Assembly (NCBI GenBank): GCA_030141605.1
Contig: JAQGDQ010001528.1
Location: 1 to 36,017, forward strand
DNA from: Tubiluchus corallicola
Taxonomy: Eukaryota; Animalia; Priapulida
Reading direction: 5' to 3'
Length of the DNA: 36,017 nucleotides
Within the stretch, counting starts at the first letter, position 1. Each line of letters opens with the position of its first letter. Below the pieces are notes generated by a model that saw only the letters and a program-made list of their open reading frames with translations, ran no database searches and was not told the origin of the DNA. The translations under genes and the position numbers were made by a program. Below are positions 1 through 13,659 of this stretch, piece after piece.

Positions 1-2417
1 CTACTATGAGGCTGTAACTTTACTCTCCCTACCCTTACACTGTGTATCTGTGGTCTTGCAGTTTCTCATTCACATTTTTTTTCGTTTCTTTTACCTATTC
101 TTTTTCTTTTTTGTTTGAAATCTCATATTACCTGAAATTAACACTTCATTCGCCTGATTGCCTGCCGTGCGGTTTCAAAAACCTCGAAGCACCTGGATCT
201 GGCATCTCTACTGCTTCCCTTTCACTCGCATTGCTTCGCGTAGGCTGAGCACCTCTGACCTTTCTTTCATGTCAAAAAAGAGTGAATCTGAAAGAGATAA
301 TGGCCGGAAAAAAGAGAGGTTTGGACAAAGAGCGATAGAAACCCTCGACAATTGAAATGAAAGTTAAGCTAATTCTGAAGCTCGACTCCACTATTTACAG
401 CAAACAATGTCTATTGTTCCGTTGCATTTGCTTTATTTTTGATAACCGTGTGTTAAAGGAAAAGTCAACCCTCGAATAACGTTCATTTTATTTTGATAGC
501 CGCTTAAAAATATCGAGATTACCACATAACTTGACCTACAGTTTAAGAATGGTTCTGGTTTAAGATAAGGTTTGCTTTAATTCCAATTGTTATTTGAAAG
601 TTAATTAAAGCAGGAGAAAACCCTCCACTTACATAAAGCTTAAAAAATTCGTCTCGAAATTTTATACCACTTACATACTACCTTTTCGTGTGCACGCCCG
701 TAACGTTGTGTACAACGTGTAAATTTAAACTCCCGCGATGCAGCCATTTTAAGGGTAGGTCGTTTGAAACAAGTTTAGATACATTGAGTAAAGTTTGAAA
801 AAATAATTAGAGCATTCGTGGCATTCACGTTGCTAATTAAGTAAAATTTTAAATTATTGTAATTTGTCAATAAGATTAAAAATACGTTTTTGGCTAGTGA
901 GTGGCTCACCCTGGAGGGTGAATCAGCGACATTTTATCAACTGGCACAAATTTTTCAAATTATTAGTCTAGTTACTTAAGTATTTCCAGCAGGTAAATGA
1001 AATGCTAAGTAATATAGATTTGCATAGAAAGTTTTTTGGGACCTAATTTAACATTTCCTTTTCTTCCCCTGATTTACGTGGCGTAGCTGTTGTTAACTAA
1101 CGTGATAACGAAAGAAAAACGTTGCTGTGAACAAGAACATGGCCATCATTGTTCTCCTCGACCATTGTCTCTCTTACTCCTATCAAACCCTGTTCGTAGA
1201 GGGCAGCATCTTCCAATAAAGAAGTGATATTCCGCGCATGGCAGTAACAGTATGGGATAATTTCCAACGTGACATGTTTGGGTTTTATGGTGTCAAACAA
1301 ACAAAGTCATCAAGTACTGCTTAGTATAATATTTTATTGTTTGTGCACCATCATCACAGCACATGCCCCTTCATCATTTTACTTCATATTTGACGTGCAT
1401 TGAGACGCCATTTCCCAAAATTATACATTTTAACTGGAATGAAATGCAAATTCTTTTAATAAACTAATTGATTTCTTATCAAAATGTCAATTACCATTAA
1501 GTGAAATTAATCCGAGACTGAGATTATATAACTAAATAAATTAACCAAAATATACATACATCTTTGGCATCAAATCGTGAGTTACACAGAAAATATGTCA
1601 ACACGTCAGCACTGCTTTGAACACGTTGACACATGAATGACAGGTATTTAAAACTAGGTCGCTAATATTGAGGCCAGATGTCACCACCTTAGAAGTAATA
1701 ACAGGTAAGTTAACTTAATCTAATCAAAACGAACATTTAACTATTATTAATTATATTATAAGAACAAACTATTTTGGTTATTTAACAAACAAAAATCCTT
1801 AACATGACTCATTATTAATTATTTTCCCGTTGAACCAAGTTAAACATGCGATTTCTCATACAGTGGAGGACAATTTTTATACAACTTCTACAAGCTTCGA
1901 AAAGTTCAAAATCTTTTAAGAGGACATGTTACAGACCAGTTTTCCCAAGAACGAAATAAATGGGATAGCTAAAGTGGTATGTCGTATTCATCAATTTCAG
2001 AAAAGGCATGATTTTGATCAACCGTTCATACGTTTGATCAAAAACAGTGCCTGGACTAACATCTCTGAAACATCAGATGTTGTTAATTTATCGTCAATTG
2101 TTTTGACAGAGTGCGAGTTTCTGGCTTTAATTTTGAGTTACGAAACATTTCTTCCTGTTATTAAGAATTCGTAGACACTAAAGCGAGGCCCGTTTTAAAT
2201 AATATACGTATTTGATAACGGATGAAAACCATATTATTGTTGATAAAGGCTCCATTTCCAGATCAAATTTGTTTTCTAATAAAATTTTCTTTTCGTATTT
2301 CAGATTTAATTTGATGTTTTTAGATCATTGAAATCAGATAAACAAACAGCAGAATATATCCTATAATAGCCCGCTTAATAAATACTCAAATTGTAAAAAA
2401 AACTGTTTGTACTTGTG
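1..2417 (+). repeat. Segmental duplication copy 1 (direct repeat of 9020-11442; probably extends left of the window)
   Basis: Position 1 aligns to 9020. The copies look identical to ~824, then show scattered substitutions and indels up to the shared end TTTGTACTTGTG (2417/11442). The ORF track has matching ORF pairs. Confidence 0.97.
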
Positions 2418-3240
2418 TTCTTTCACTTGTGTTTTTCCTGTGCTTAACTTGTAATTGCTGTGTTCTTTCACTTGTGTTTTCCTATGCTTAACTTGTAATT
2501 GCTGTGTTCTTTCACTTGTGTTTTCCTGTGCTTAACTTGTAATTGTTGTGTTCTTTCACTTGTGTTTTTCCTGTGCTTAACTTGTAATTGCTGTGTTCTT
2601 TCACTTGTGTTTTCCTGTGCTTAACTTGTAATTGTTGTGTTCTTTCACTTGTGTTTTTCCTGTGCTTAACTTGTAATTGCTGTGTTCTTTCACTTGTGTT
2701 TTTCCTGTGCTTAACTTGTAATTGTTGTGTTCTTTCACTTGTGTTTTCCTGTGCTTAACTTGTAATTGCTGTGTTCTTTCACTTGTGTTTTCCTGTGCTT
2801 AACTTGTAATTGCTGTGTTCTTTCACTTGTGTTTTTCCTGTGCTTAACTTGTAATTGCTGTGTTCTTTCACTTGTGTTTTCCTGTGCTTAACTTGTAATT
2901 GTTGTGTTCTTTCACTTGTGTTTTTCCTGTGCTTAACTTGTAATTGCTGTGTTCTTTCACTTGTGTTTTCCTGTGCTTAACTTGTAATTGCTGTGTTCTT
3001 TCACTTGTGTTTTCCTGTGCTTAACTTGTAATTGTTGTGTTCTTTCACTTGTGTTTTTCCTGTGCTTAACTTGTAATTGCTGTGTTCTTTCACTTGTGTT
3101 TTTCCTGTGCTTAACTTGTAATTGCTGCGTTCTTTCACTTGTGTTTTCCTGTGCTTAACTTGTAATTGTTGTGGTCTTTCACTTGTGTTTTCCTGTGCTT
3201 AACTTGTAATTGCTGTGTTCTTTCAATTGTGTTTTCCTGT
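2411..3240. repeat. Minisatellite, 44-45 bp unit, ~19 copies
   Basis: Tandem GTGTTCTTTCACTTGTGTTTT(T)CCTGTGCTTAACTTGTAATTG(C/T)T. Confidence 0.97.
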
Positions 3241-4027
3241 TGACTGAATTTTTTGTACGCTACCTTATGCGAATGCAGTGTGATGGAGGGGGTTGGAGGA
3301 TTAAGGTGTCATAAGTGACTCTGTCCCGGACCCACCCTTGCTCTCAATACCTCATTTCGGTTTTACAGGTTATTATATGTCAAACATATTTGGGTAAACA
3401 TATTTGCTCCACAATTTTAGAGTAAAATCGCTTTTCAGAGCGGTAGGGCAAGACCCGCGGTGTAAGGACTCTGACATGAACTAATTCACCACCGAAACTG
3501 TAACAAGTCAGGCGTCTATACTCGAGTTTCAAATGACTTAACTAGTGTAAGCTAGCAAGACTCAGACACCTTCTCAGTTTCTCAGTAACCAGATGGACAG
3601 ACTGCATCAATTTAGCAGTGATATCTTTCTCACACAACATCAATAATGCAGAATTAAACTGAGATTGTTTTATTAATTACTTTTTACCAATCACACGTGC
3701 TGTTTACTTTTTCTACGCGAATCAAGTGAAAAATAATAAAAAAAAAATAAGAAATTTTATCATCATGGACGACTAAATATAAACACAAAATTTCTATACA
3801 GTCATTTTTAACTTTCGACGCTACACGAAACGCCATATATGATCAGAACATGCTGCAACGTTTTTGCTCAAAAGTGTTTTTGCTCAAAAGTGTTGCTAAC
3901 AAGCCACTAGCATAGCAGTGTCTAATTTTTTGGCTCGACTACTATTGTGTTATCCCGTTTTCAACGAAGTTTTTCTATTATTTTAGAATTCTGACGGACA
4001 AATGTGTACAATAAACGTAAAGGGCAT

Positions 4028-4211
4028 ATGACGATGATGATGGTGATGATGATGATGATGGTAATGACGATAATGATGATGATGATGATGGTGATAATGA
4101 TGATGATGATGGTGATGGTAATAATTATGACGGTAATGGTGATGATGATGATGATGATGATGGTGATAATGATGATGATGATGGTGATGGTAATAATTAT
4201 GACGGTAATGG

Positions 4212-4261
<50 letters not shown>

Positions 4262-4262
4262 C

Positions 4263-4294
<32 letters not shown>

Positions 4295-4353
4295 GTAATG
4301 ATGATGGTAATGATGGTGATGGTGAGGATGATGATGGTGATGATGACAATGAC

Positions 4354-4387
<34 letters not shown>

Positions 4388-4487
4388 GTGATGATGATGA
4401 TGATGTCGATAATGATGGTGATGGTAATGATGATGGTAATGATGGTGATGGTGAGGATGATGATGGTGATGATGACAATGACGATGA

Positions 4488-4522
<35 letters not shown>

Positions 4523-4573
4523 GTGATGGTAATGATGATGACGATGATGATGATGATAATGATGATGATGGTA

Positions 4574-4637
<64 letters not shown>

Positions 4638-4676
4638 CGACGACGACGACGACGACGATGATAATAATAATGGTAA
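4028..4676. repeat. Imperfect (GAT)n microsatellite
   Basis: GAT triplets interrupted by GGT/AAT/GAC. Source of the poly-His, poly-Ile and poly-Met ORFs. Confidence 0.98.
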
Positions 4677-5319
4677 TTGGTCTTGGCGGGAATTTCAATT
4701 TTCAAATTTTCTTCAGCGCTCTATGCAAGTCCTGTGAGCAATAAAGCAGCATGCAAGTGATGCAAAATTTCAAGAAGTATTTTAAGGTCTATTTGTGAAG
4801 TGTGTTGTCTTGTGCTTTAAATTTTGACCTTGAAGTATGACAACGTTTTGGACAATGCCAGACGTACGCCTTCATGTTGTTACATCTTTGTTGTCTCGTT
4901 TTCCTGGACACTGTATTTTTATACCAAGGACTTTATGGAAGTCTAAGTGCACTCATCAATTTCTAAGCAACTGAAAAGTCACTTTTACATCTTTCTCATC
5001 ACCAGGCGTGTCACTGAGAAACTTTCACTTTCATTAAAAGTTGTATTAGATGTAGAACATGTGTATTCGCCATGGTTCTGGGCATTCGATCAAATCTGAT
5101 TGAACATGCTAAAACCGTCTCTCACTCCGGCCCAGTCTGTCATCTCGGTACTCGTTAAAAGGACTTTTACTTATGCGCAAAAGCTTCGTTAGCCATCAGC
5201 AGTAATTAAACCCGTACAGTCCTTAATGCTTGACATTGTAGAATAATTAAAGGATTATTTAACTGATGCTGTCACTAACTTCTTTTAAGAGAGGTAGCCG
5301 ATTTATTTCCCGTTGTCAC

Positions 5320-5888
5320 ATAAAGCAAACCCGGACCCAATCTTAAACTGTAGGTTAAAACAATCTACTCTTTAAAATATTGATAGGAAACATACTATTT
5401 TTCCAAAAGTGACTTACGTGAAAGAATTATTACCACACAAACACAATTTCACGTTCGCGTCACTAGTTCTTCGCTGTTACGTGCATTTCGCCTTTCGCTA
5501 GTTAGACGGGCACTAGCGTCTGAGTTTGGGAAATGCGTTACACAAAAAACAGGTGTTGTACCTCTCAGTTCAGGCGCATTTGTTTATGAAAAACTACACA
5601 CGCTCCACAGCGCATGCGTGAGCACACCCGTAAATTTGAAATTTAAATTCTTATTTTAAAACTTCCTAGTTTTAGTGCAACACACTGAATATTTTACACT
5701 ACCGCTGTTGAAAATTATGTTAGTTTGTGATGTCATCAATAATTGGGCTCGCCCGCCGTTAATTAAGTTCTAAATCTATTATTTAGCTGTAAGGAACACC
5801 TTTGCAGTATTAATTGTGTTAACATGTATAATTTTTGTAGGACTTAAAAATGGGGTAGTATTTGAAAAATCATCCTGTCTTCCTTTAA
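5320..5888 (+). mobile_element. Non-autonomous DNA transposon (Kolobok-like MITE), module A, copy 1 with a small internal deletion
   Basis: Starts ATAA-AGCAAACCCGGACC and ends TCCTGTCTTCCT-TTAA. Homologous to 17603-18226 and 28412-29031. The superfamily is inferred from TTAA flanks plus AG..CT termini. Confidence 0.75.
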
Positions 5889-6457
5889 ATAAAGTTCGTT
5901 TTTATGACCCTTCATAAAAAATTGCAAACTCGCGCTTAACAACAGCAATAAATAGTCGATTCTCAAGGTTGCTTCGACTATGATTAGTTTTTCTACGTCT
6001 AGTTCTGAACAACAAGTATATTTTATTTGTAAACAATATTTAAAGCATTTATAAGTTTATTAGGGAGAAAGTGGATAGAAAAACCGTGCGAAGTAAAACC
6101 AGTGGCGGCACCTGGTGGAGCATAAAATTTAGTGGGAAGTGTGGCTTCCAAGGTTTTCACTACCGTATTACACTATAAAAAGATTTGTGTCAATTACTAA
6201 GAAATTTTTAATTACATTACTTAGCAACTTTTACTTCTGTATGGCTTGAATTTGGCAACCAACAAAAATGCCTTGTCTTCTATGTTGTGTGTAACAAAAA
6301 TTTTACTTAAATGTGAAATTAAATAAATATCTCGCCCATACAACTCAACGAAACGTGGTGAGTATTACAACAGCTGAAAGACGATAAGTTCTTTTTTATG
6401 AAGAATGTAAATCTATTATCATTCATTCGCCAAATCTTCTTACTAAAGTAGGCCAAA

Positions 6458-6830
6458 TAAGCCTTTTCACAGTTTTGTAGTGCGCATGCGCAGTTACTGT
6501 AGGTCAAAGGTTGCGTGTATCACAGCAACTCGTCTTAGCTACAACCGCCACGTGACATGCGGGTAAAGCAAAGCCCAATTCAGTAACTTCAGTTGTTTTG
6601 CGTTGACTTTACTTAATTATGCATTAGTCTGTGTGGGATCTTGCTTGGGAACAAGAAAAGTGAGCTAAATGAGCTTTTATAGCTAGCATCTGTCTCTTTC
6701 TTTAATTAGTATTACAATAGCGTGGGCTGCGAGACGTTGTCAAGTGTACACAAATGCGTTGTGTACACCACTTAACCGTTGACCTTCTCACGATCATCAT
6801 CAATCGCTGGAATTGTGAAATGAACTTATT
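6458..6830 (+). repeat. Dispersed repeat module B
   Basis: TAAGCCTTTTCACAG...CTGTAGGTCAAAGG...CACGATCATCATCAATC is homologous to 18236-18630 (+) and 24121-24272 (-). Confidence 0.85.
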
Positions 6831-6944
6831 GAAACAATGGGAACAATAGATTTTTGGTTGTAATTTTCTATTATTTGTTATAATTAAATTAAACTTAAGC
6901 TTGAACTCATATAGGCTGTGTCGTAATTACACTGGTAATTATTG

Positions 6945-7561
6945 CACCGACATGGGGTTGTACTGTAATAAATAGGTAATGTTTAACAACATACGACATG
7001 TTTTGTACTGTAATAAATAGGTAATGTTTAACAACATACGACATGGGTTGTATTGAAAAAGAAATAGCTAATGTTTAACAACAGGTCACATGGGTTGTAC
7101 TATAATAAATAGGTAATGTTTAACAACATACGATAAGGGATGTATCGTAATAAACAGGTAATGTTTAACAACATACGACATGGGTTATATCGTAATAAAT
7201 GGGTAATGTTTAACAACATACGACATGGGTTGTATCGTAATAAACAGGTAACGTTTAACAACATACGACATTGGTTGTATTGAAAAAGAAATAGGTAATG
7301 TTTAACAACATACGACATGGGTGGTATCGTAATGAATGGGTAATGTTTAACAACATACGACATGGGTGGTATCGTAATGAATGGGTAATGTTTAACAACA
7401 TACGACATGGGATTTATCGTAATAAACAGGTAATGTTTAACAACATACGATATGGGATGTATGGTAATAAATAGCCAATGTTTAACAACATGCAACATGG
7501 TTTGTACTGTAATTAATTGGTAATGTTTAACAACATGCAACATGGGTAGTATCAGCAATAA
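6945..7561. repeat. Minisatellite, ~45 bp unit, ~14 copies
   Basis: Tandem AATAAATAGGTAATGTTTAACAACATACGACATGGGTTGTA(C/T)(T/C)GT. Explains the 15-aa periodicity of ORF 7100-7558. Confidence 0.96.
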
Positions 7562-8175
7562 ATTTTCCTCTCTAAACTGTTTTAGACTATTAGATCGGTT
7601 GTTTTAACACAACAAAGTCGAGCTAAACAGTCAGAAACATTGAATGAACGAAGATGGTTGTATCATATCATGTTCCTAAATCCAAAACATTTAATTTATT
7701 ACTGCAACTCAATCTCACGTTGAAAAGGGCGTATGAGCAAAAACGATGTTGCGAGATTGTCAATTTTGTACCTGAACGCAAGAAGATTTTAATGGTAATT
7801 GCAAACCAGAACGCTGTAGTTCTGTACAGTAATTCAAATCAACCTCATTTAGGCGACCATTTGAGCATACGGATAAAAATGGTTATTTCCTTTGCAACTC
7901 CTTTATTGCTTTGGGCAATGTGAATAATTTCGCTACTGTTGAATGCCAAAATTAATCTATATCCTTTCCTGAGCCTTCTCTAGGATTTCCCGAGGCCTTT
8001 GAGATTTAAGACATCGCGATAGTTTCAAAACTTTCTCAACAAAAAACTGAATACATTTGGCTGTAATTCGTTCACAAAATCATTTATGGAAATTATAGGT
8101 TGGCAAAGATGGTGCTGAGCTGCAGGACCTAAGATTTCACTACTATTGTACACTTTTGAAGTAGTTTTGTGTTTA

Positions 8176-8515
8176 CTGACCGACTAACTGATTGACTGAC
8201 TGACTGACTGATTGACTGACTGACTGACTGACTGACTGACTGACTAACTGACTGACTGCTGACTGACTGACTGACTGACTGACTGACTGACTGACTGACT
8301 GACTGACTGACTGACTGAATGAATGAACGACTGACTGAACGAACGAACGAACGGACGGACGGAGGGACGAACGAACGAACGAACGAACAAACGAACGAAC
8401 AAATGAATGAATGAATGACTCACTGACTCACTGACTTACTACCTCACTAACTCACTGATTGACTGACAGATTAGCTGAGTGACTCATTCACAGACTCACT
8501 AACCCATTGATTGAA

Positions 8516-8551
<36 letters not shown>

Positions 8552-8926
8552 TGACTGACTGACTGACTGACTGACTGACTGACTGACTGACTGACTGACT
8601 GACTGACTGACTGGCTGACTGGCTGACTGACTGACTGGCTGACTGACTGAATGAATGAATGGATAAATGAACGAACGAACGAACGAACGAACGAACGAAC
8701 GAACGAACGAACGAACGAACGAACGAACGAACGAACGAATGAATGAATAAATGAATGAATGAATGAATGAATGACTCACTGACTCACTACCTCAGAGACT
8801 CACTGACTGACTATTTGACTGACAGATTAGCTAGCCGAATAATTCATTCACCAGACTCACTAAACCATTGATTGAATGACTGACTTACTGACCGACTTAC
8901 CGACAGACTGACCGCCCGACCGACTA
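8176..8926. repeat. Compound tetranucleotide microsatellite (GACT)n/(GAAC)n/(GAAT)n with ~360 bp higher-order duplication
   Basis: The same succession of blocks and the spacer GACAGATTAGCT...CAGACTCACTAA.CCATTGATTGAATGACTGACTTACTGA occur twice (~8465 and ~8821). Confidence 0.95.
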
Positions 8927-9019
8927 ATATTTATGCTATATCTAAGGTTTCTCACCGTCCAACTTGCACTACTGGAGAATTCATGTGGACAACTTTTGAA
9001 ATAAATTATAACTATTATA

Positions 9020-11442
9020 CTACTATGAGGCTGTAACTTTACTCTCCCTACCCTTACACTGTGTATCTGTGGTCTTGCAGTTTCTCATTCACATTTTTTT
9101 TCGTTTCTTTTACCTATTCTTTTTCTTTTTTGTTTGAAATCTCATATTACCTGAAATTAACACTTCATTCGCCTGATTGCCTGCCGTGCGGTTTCAAAAA
9201 CCTCGAAGCACCTGGATCTGGCATCTCTACTGCTTCCCTTTCACTCGCATTGCTTCGCGTAGGCTGAGCACCTCTGACCTTTCTTTCATGTCAAAAAAGA
9301 GTGAATCTGAAAGAGATAATGGCCGGAAAAAAGAGAGGTTTGGACAAAGAGCGATAGAAACCCTCGACAATTGAAATGAAAGTTAAGCTAATTCTGAAGC
9401 TCGACTCCACTATTTACAGCAAACAATGTCTATTGTTCCGTTGCATTTGCTTTATTTTTGATAACCGTGTGTTAAAGGAAAAGTCAACCCTCGAATAACG
9501 TTCATTTTATTTTGATAGCCGCTTAAAAATATCGAGATTACCACATAACTTGACCTACAGTTTAAGAATGGTTCTGGTTTAAGATAAGGTTTGCTTTAAT
9601 TCCAATTGTTATTTGAAAGTTAATTAAAGCAGGAGAAAACCCTCCACTTACATAAAGCTTAAAAAATTCGTCTCGAAATTTTATACCACTTACATACTAC
9701 CTTTTCGTGTGCACGCCCGTAACGTTGTGTACAACGTGTAAATTTAAACTCCCGCGATGCAGCCATTTTAAGGGTAGGTCGTTTGAAACAAGTTTAGATA
9801 CATTGAGTAAAGTTTGAAAAAATAATTAGAGCATTCGTGGCATACACGTCGCTAATTAAGTAAAATATTAAATTACTGTATCTTGTCAATAAGATTAAAA
9901 ATACGTTTTTGGCTAGTGAGTGGCGCACCCTGGACGGTGAGTCAGCGACATTTTATCAACTGGCACAATTTTTTTAAATTATTAGTCTAGTTACATAAGT
10001 ATTTCCAGCAGGTAAATGAAATGCTAAGTAATATAGATTTGCATACAAAGTTTTTTGGGACCTAATTTAACATTTCCTTTTCTTCCCCTGATTTACGTGG
10101 CGTAGCTGTTGTTAACTAACAGGATAACGAAAGAAAAACGTTGCTGTGAACAAGAACATGGTCATCATTGTTCTCCTCGACCATTGTCTCTCTTACTCCT
10201 ATCAAACCCTGCTCGTAGAGGGCAGCATCTTCCAATAAAGAAGTTATATTCCGCGCATGGCAGTAACAGTATTGGATCAATAATTTCCAATGTGACATGT
10301 TTGGGTTTTATGGTGAAAAACAAGTACAAGTCATCAAGTACTGCTTAGTATAATATTTTATTGTTTGTGCACCATCATCACAGCACATGCCCCTTCGTCA
10401 TTTTACTTCATATTTGACATGTATTGAGACGCCATTTCCCAAAATTATACATTTTAACTGGAATGAAATGCAAATTCTTTTAATAAACTAATGGATTTCT
10501 TTCTCAAAATGTCAATTACCATTAAGTGAAATTAATCCGAGACTGAGAGTATATAACTAAATAAATTAACCAAAATATACATACATCTTTGGCATAAAAT
10601 CGTGAGTTACACAGAAAATTTGTCAACACGTCATCACTGCTTTGAACACGTTGACACTTGAATGACAGGTATTTAAAACTAGGTCACTAATATTGAAGCC
10701 AGATGTCACCACCTTAGAAGTAATAACAGGTAAGTTAACTTAATCTAATCAAAACGCACATTTAACTATTATTAATTGTACTATAAGAACAAACTGTTTT
10801 GGTTATTTAACAAACAAAAATCCTTAACATGACTCATTATTAATTATTTATCCGTTGAACCAAGTTAAAAATGCGATTTCTCATACAGTGGAGGACAATT
10901 TTTATACACTTTCTACAAGCTTCGAAAAGTTCAAAATCTTTTAAGAGGACATGTTACAGACCCGTTTTCCCAAGAACGAAATAAATGGGATAGCTAAAGT
11001 GGTATGTCGTATTCATCAATTTCAGAAAAGGCATGATTTTGATCAACCGTTCATACGTTTGATCAAAAACAGTGCATGGACTAACATCTCTGAAACATCA
11101 GATGTTGTTAATTTATCGTCAATTGTTTTGACAGAGTGCGAGTTTCTGGCTTTAATTTTGAGTTACGAAGCATTTCTTCCTGTTATTAAGAATTCGTAGA
11201 CACTAAAGCGAGGCCCGTTTTAAATAATATACATATTTGATAACGGATGAAAACCATATTATTGTTGATAAAGGCTCCATTTCCAGATCAAATTTGTTTT
11301 CAAATAAAATTTTCTTTTCGTATTTCAGATTTAATTTGATGTTTTTAGATCATTGAAATCAGATAAACAAACAGCAGAATATATCCTATAATAGCCCGCT
11401 TAATAAATACTCATATTGTAAAAAAAACTGTTTGTACTTGTG
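9020..11442 (+). repeat. Segmental duplication copy 2
   Basis: Aligns to 1-2417 at an offset of 9019-9025. Confidence 0.97.
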
Positions 11443-11499
11443 GCTTAATAAACAACTAGCAAAGCCAACCAAAAATAATTGCTTATGAATTCACGTATA

Positions 11500-12161
11500 G
11501 TCAAAAATACGCGAACATCCTACATAATCCTCGTCTATAACGCAAAGCCAGCAGCAGCAGCTTTTACTGAATTAAAGTTATAAGCCTATAAGGTTATAAG
11601 CGGTTGACGTCAGAACAATGGCTTTGCGTCAGCAGTTCTCCTAGCGAAAATTGCCGAAAATAGAACATCTAATTAACTCGTCGTCACTCCTTTTGCTTGA
11701 CGTCACCTAAAATGTACCTCACACCATCGTGTAGCCCTGTTTTTCTTCTTTCTAGAGAGCCATATATCTCTTTCCAAGAGTCCCACCAGGCGCCGAACGT
11801 TTTTTCTGCAAGCTGTTTGGTCAAAATTTTGAAAAAATCTCGAGTTGGATCCGAGAAAACGCCTGTAGCGGGTGGTTGTGGCCCTCGTGCGAATTCTAGA
11901 TATGCCTACTACACCCACCGTTGAATGGGCTATCTATCCATAGCCAGCACTACCCATGGCCCATTCCCATTTTCTAGAAATAAGAGGTATAATTTTTGCA
12001 AAAAACGGCCGAAAAATGGAGGTTTTTCGCCCCCCCCCCGTTCATCCTGGTGGGCCCGATTTGAAAAATAAACCCCCAATGGCACGACACTAGATCGAGA
12101 TCATTAGTTTGATGTATAGATTCCCGCTAATGGTGTCGTCGTCGAAGCTGTAGCCTCGAAT

Positions 12162-12204
<43 letters not shown>

Positions 12205-12785
12205 CATGCCAGCGAAATTAATATATACGACTATAAAGGCCCGAAAAAAATTTTGCGTATAAATACACTTATAATCAATAACACGCGAACATCCTTCATA
12301 ATCCTCGTTTTTAACGCAAAGTCACCAGCAGCAGCAGCAGCTTTTACTGAATTAAAGTTATAAGGTTGTGGGCAGAGTATAACTGTTGACGTCAGAACAA
12401 TGGCTTTGCGTCAGCAGTTCTCCTAGCGAAAATTGCCGAAAATAGAACATCTAATTAACTCGTCGTCACTCCTCTTGGCGAACCTGCCCTGAAATATCGC
12501 CCACACCATCGTGTAACTCTGTTCCTCCTCTTTCCAAAGAGCTATATGTCTCCTTTCGAGAGTCCCACCAGGCGCCAAGTTTTGCAAAAAATTGCTGAAA
12601 AATGGCCAATTTGGAGATTTTTCGCCCCCCCCCCGTTCGTCCCGGTGGGCCCGATTAGAAAACTACCGAGACCTTCTGTTCGATATGTAGGTCGCCACAA
12701 ATGGTGCCGTCGTTGGAGCTGTCGCCTCTAATCTTATATATATTTATATTAAGGCCATACTACCGAAATGAATATATACGGTATG
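11500..12785. repeat. Two diverged tandem copies of an unclassified interspersed element (~11500-12235 and ~12280-12785)
   Basis: Shared ACGCGAACATCC...GAGTCCCACCAGGCGCC and TTTTCGCCCCCCCCC(C)GTTC...GGTGGGCCCGATT...AATCTTATATATAT. Copy 2 lacks ~11795-11990. Confidence 0.85.
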
Positions 12786-13659
12786 TTTTCAGGTTTCAAA
12801 TAAACATAGATACAAGCAATTTATTAATCGCAACATTACCAAAATGCCTCATTGCGTATCCGACTGTTCTTTGGGGGGGGGGGGCGGTGTTAAGCCGCTT
12901 TTCGAAAGTGTTCCTGTAGTTTGACTAGCTTTTGGTGAGGATTGCACAAATCAACAATATACTAAAAGCAGTAGCAGCACTGCTATTGTTGTGAAGTGGG
13001 CCTACACGTTCGGAAAATGTCTTCTTAGCACTCGAACAATATTTACTTTCGGGTTTTGGTAGAGTGGCTAATATCACCGCTAAACCCAAAGGTGATCTTT
13101 AGTTTGGTTGCACGAGCCCAAGTTTTACGATTATTTGTCTACCCTAGATACTATTAAGCTTAACAATTATTTGTCATGGTGTCATTTTTAGACCATAAAT
13201 CAAAAGTCAATGTTCTAAGAAACGGAAAATTAATATTGTTTACATTAAAGAGGCAAATTACATCACATTAAAGCAAGAACATGCTGTCATTATTCTTAAA
13301 GCAGTTACGGGTATATATATGAACGGGCAGCAGAGCAACAGCTTCTCGGAAACGCAAAAATACGTGTTGTACCAAACGATCAAACCAGTTATGACGTCAT
13401 TACATCCTCGAGAAATCACGCGTTGTGGATTTTACATTTTAAATTTTAAATGTAAGTTTGTTTTGCTTTTGTCCTTTCTTGTTAATGTCACACTCTAGCA
13501 CCGTATTGCAGTTTTCGCTTTTGGAAAAATGGGAGGTTTCTGCCAATGAAAAATTTTCCCAAAGCAGTGACGTCATGCCATCAACTAAATTTCTAGCTAA
13601 TATCTACATATTAGGAACATACAGATCATTCTAAATATCATAGTTTACTGACGAACAGC

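Noticed and set aside
453-475. TTAAAGGAAAAGTCAACCC, resembling a Kolobok-type terminus
   Set aside because: No matching inverted end was found in either duplicate, so an element cannot be delimited.
1097-2174. ORFs 1097-1300 and 1926-2174 preserved in both duplicates
   Set aside because: Preservation is explained by recent duplication. There is no recognisable homology, and the first ORF is frameshifted at its 5' end in copy 2.
3961-4744. Poly-His, poly-Ile and poly-Met ORFs (for example a histidine-rich metal-binding protein)
   Set aside because: They are translations of a (GAT)n microsatellite, open in several frames on both strands, with no signal peptide or unique domain.
6105-6118. CTCF-like motif (minus CCACCAGGTGCCGC; a similar one near 26862)
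   Set aside because: Single imperfect short matches are expected by chance and have no supporting evidence.
7100-7558. 152-aa ORF with 15-aa repeats
   Set aside because: It follows the 45-bp minisatellite and switches repeat frame at an indel, so there is no sign of coding constraint.
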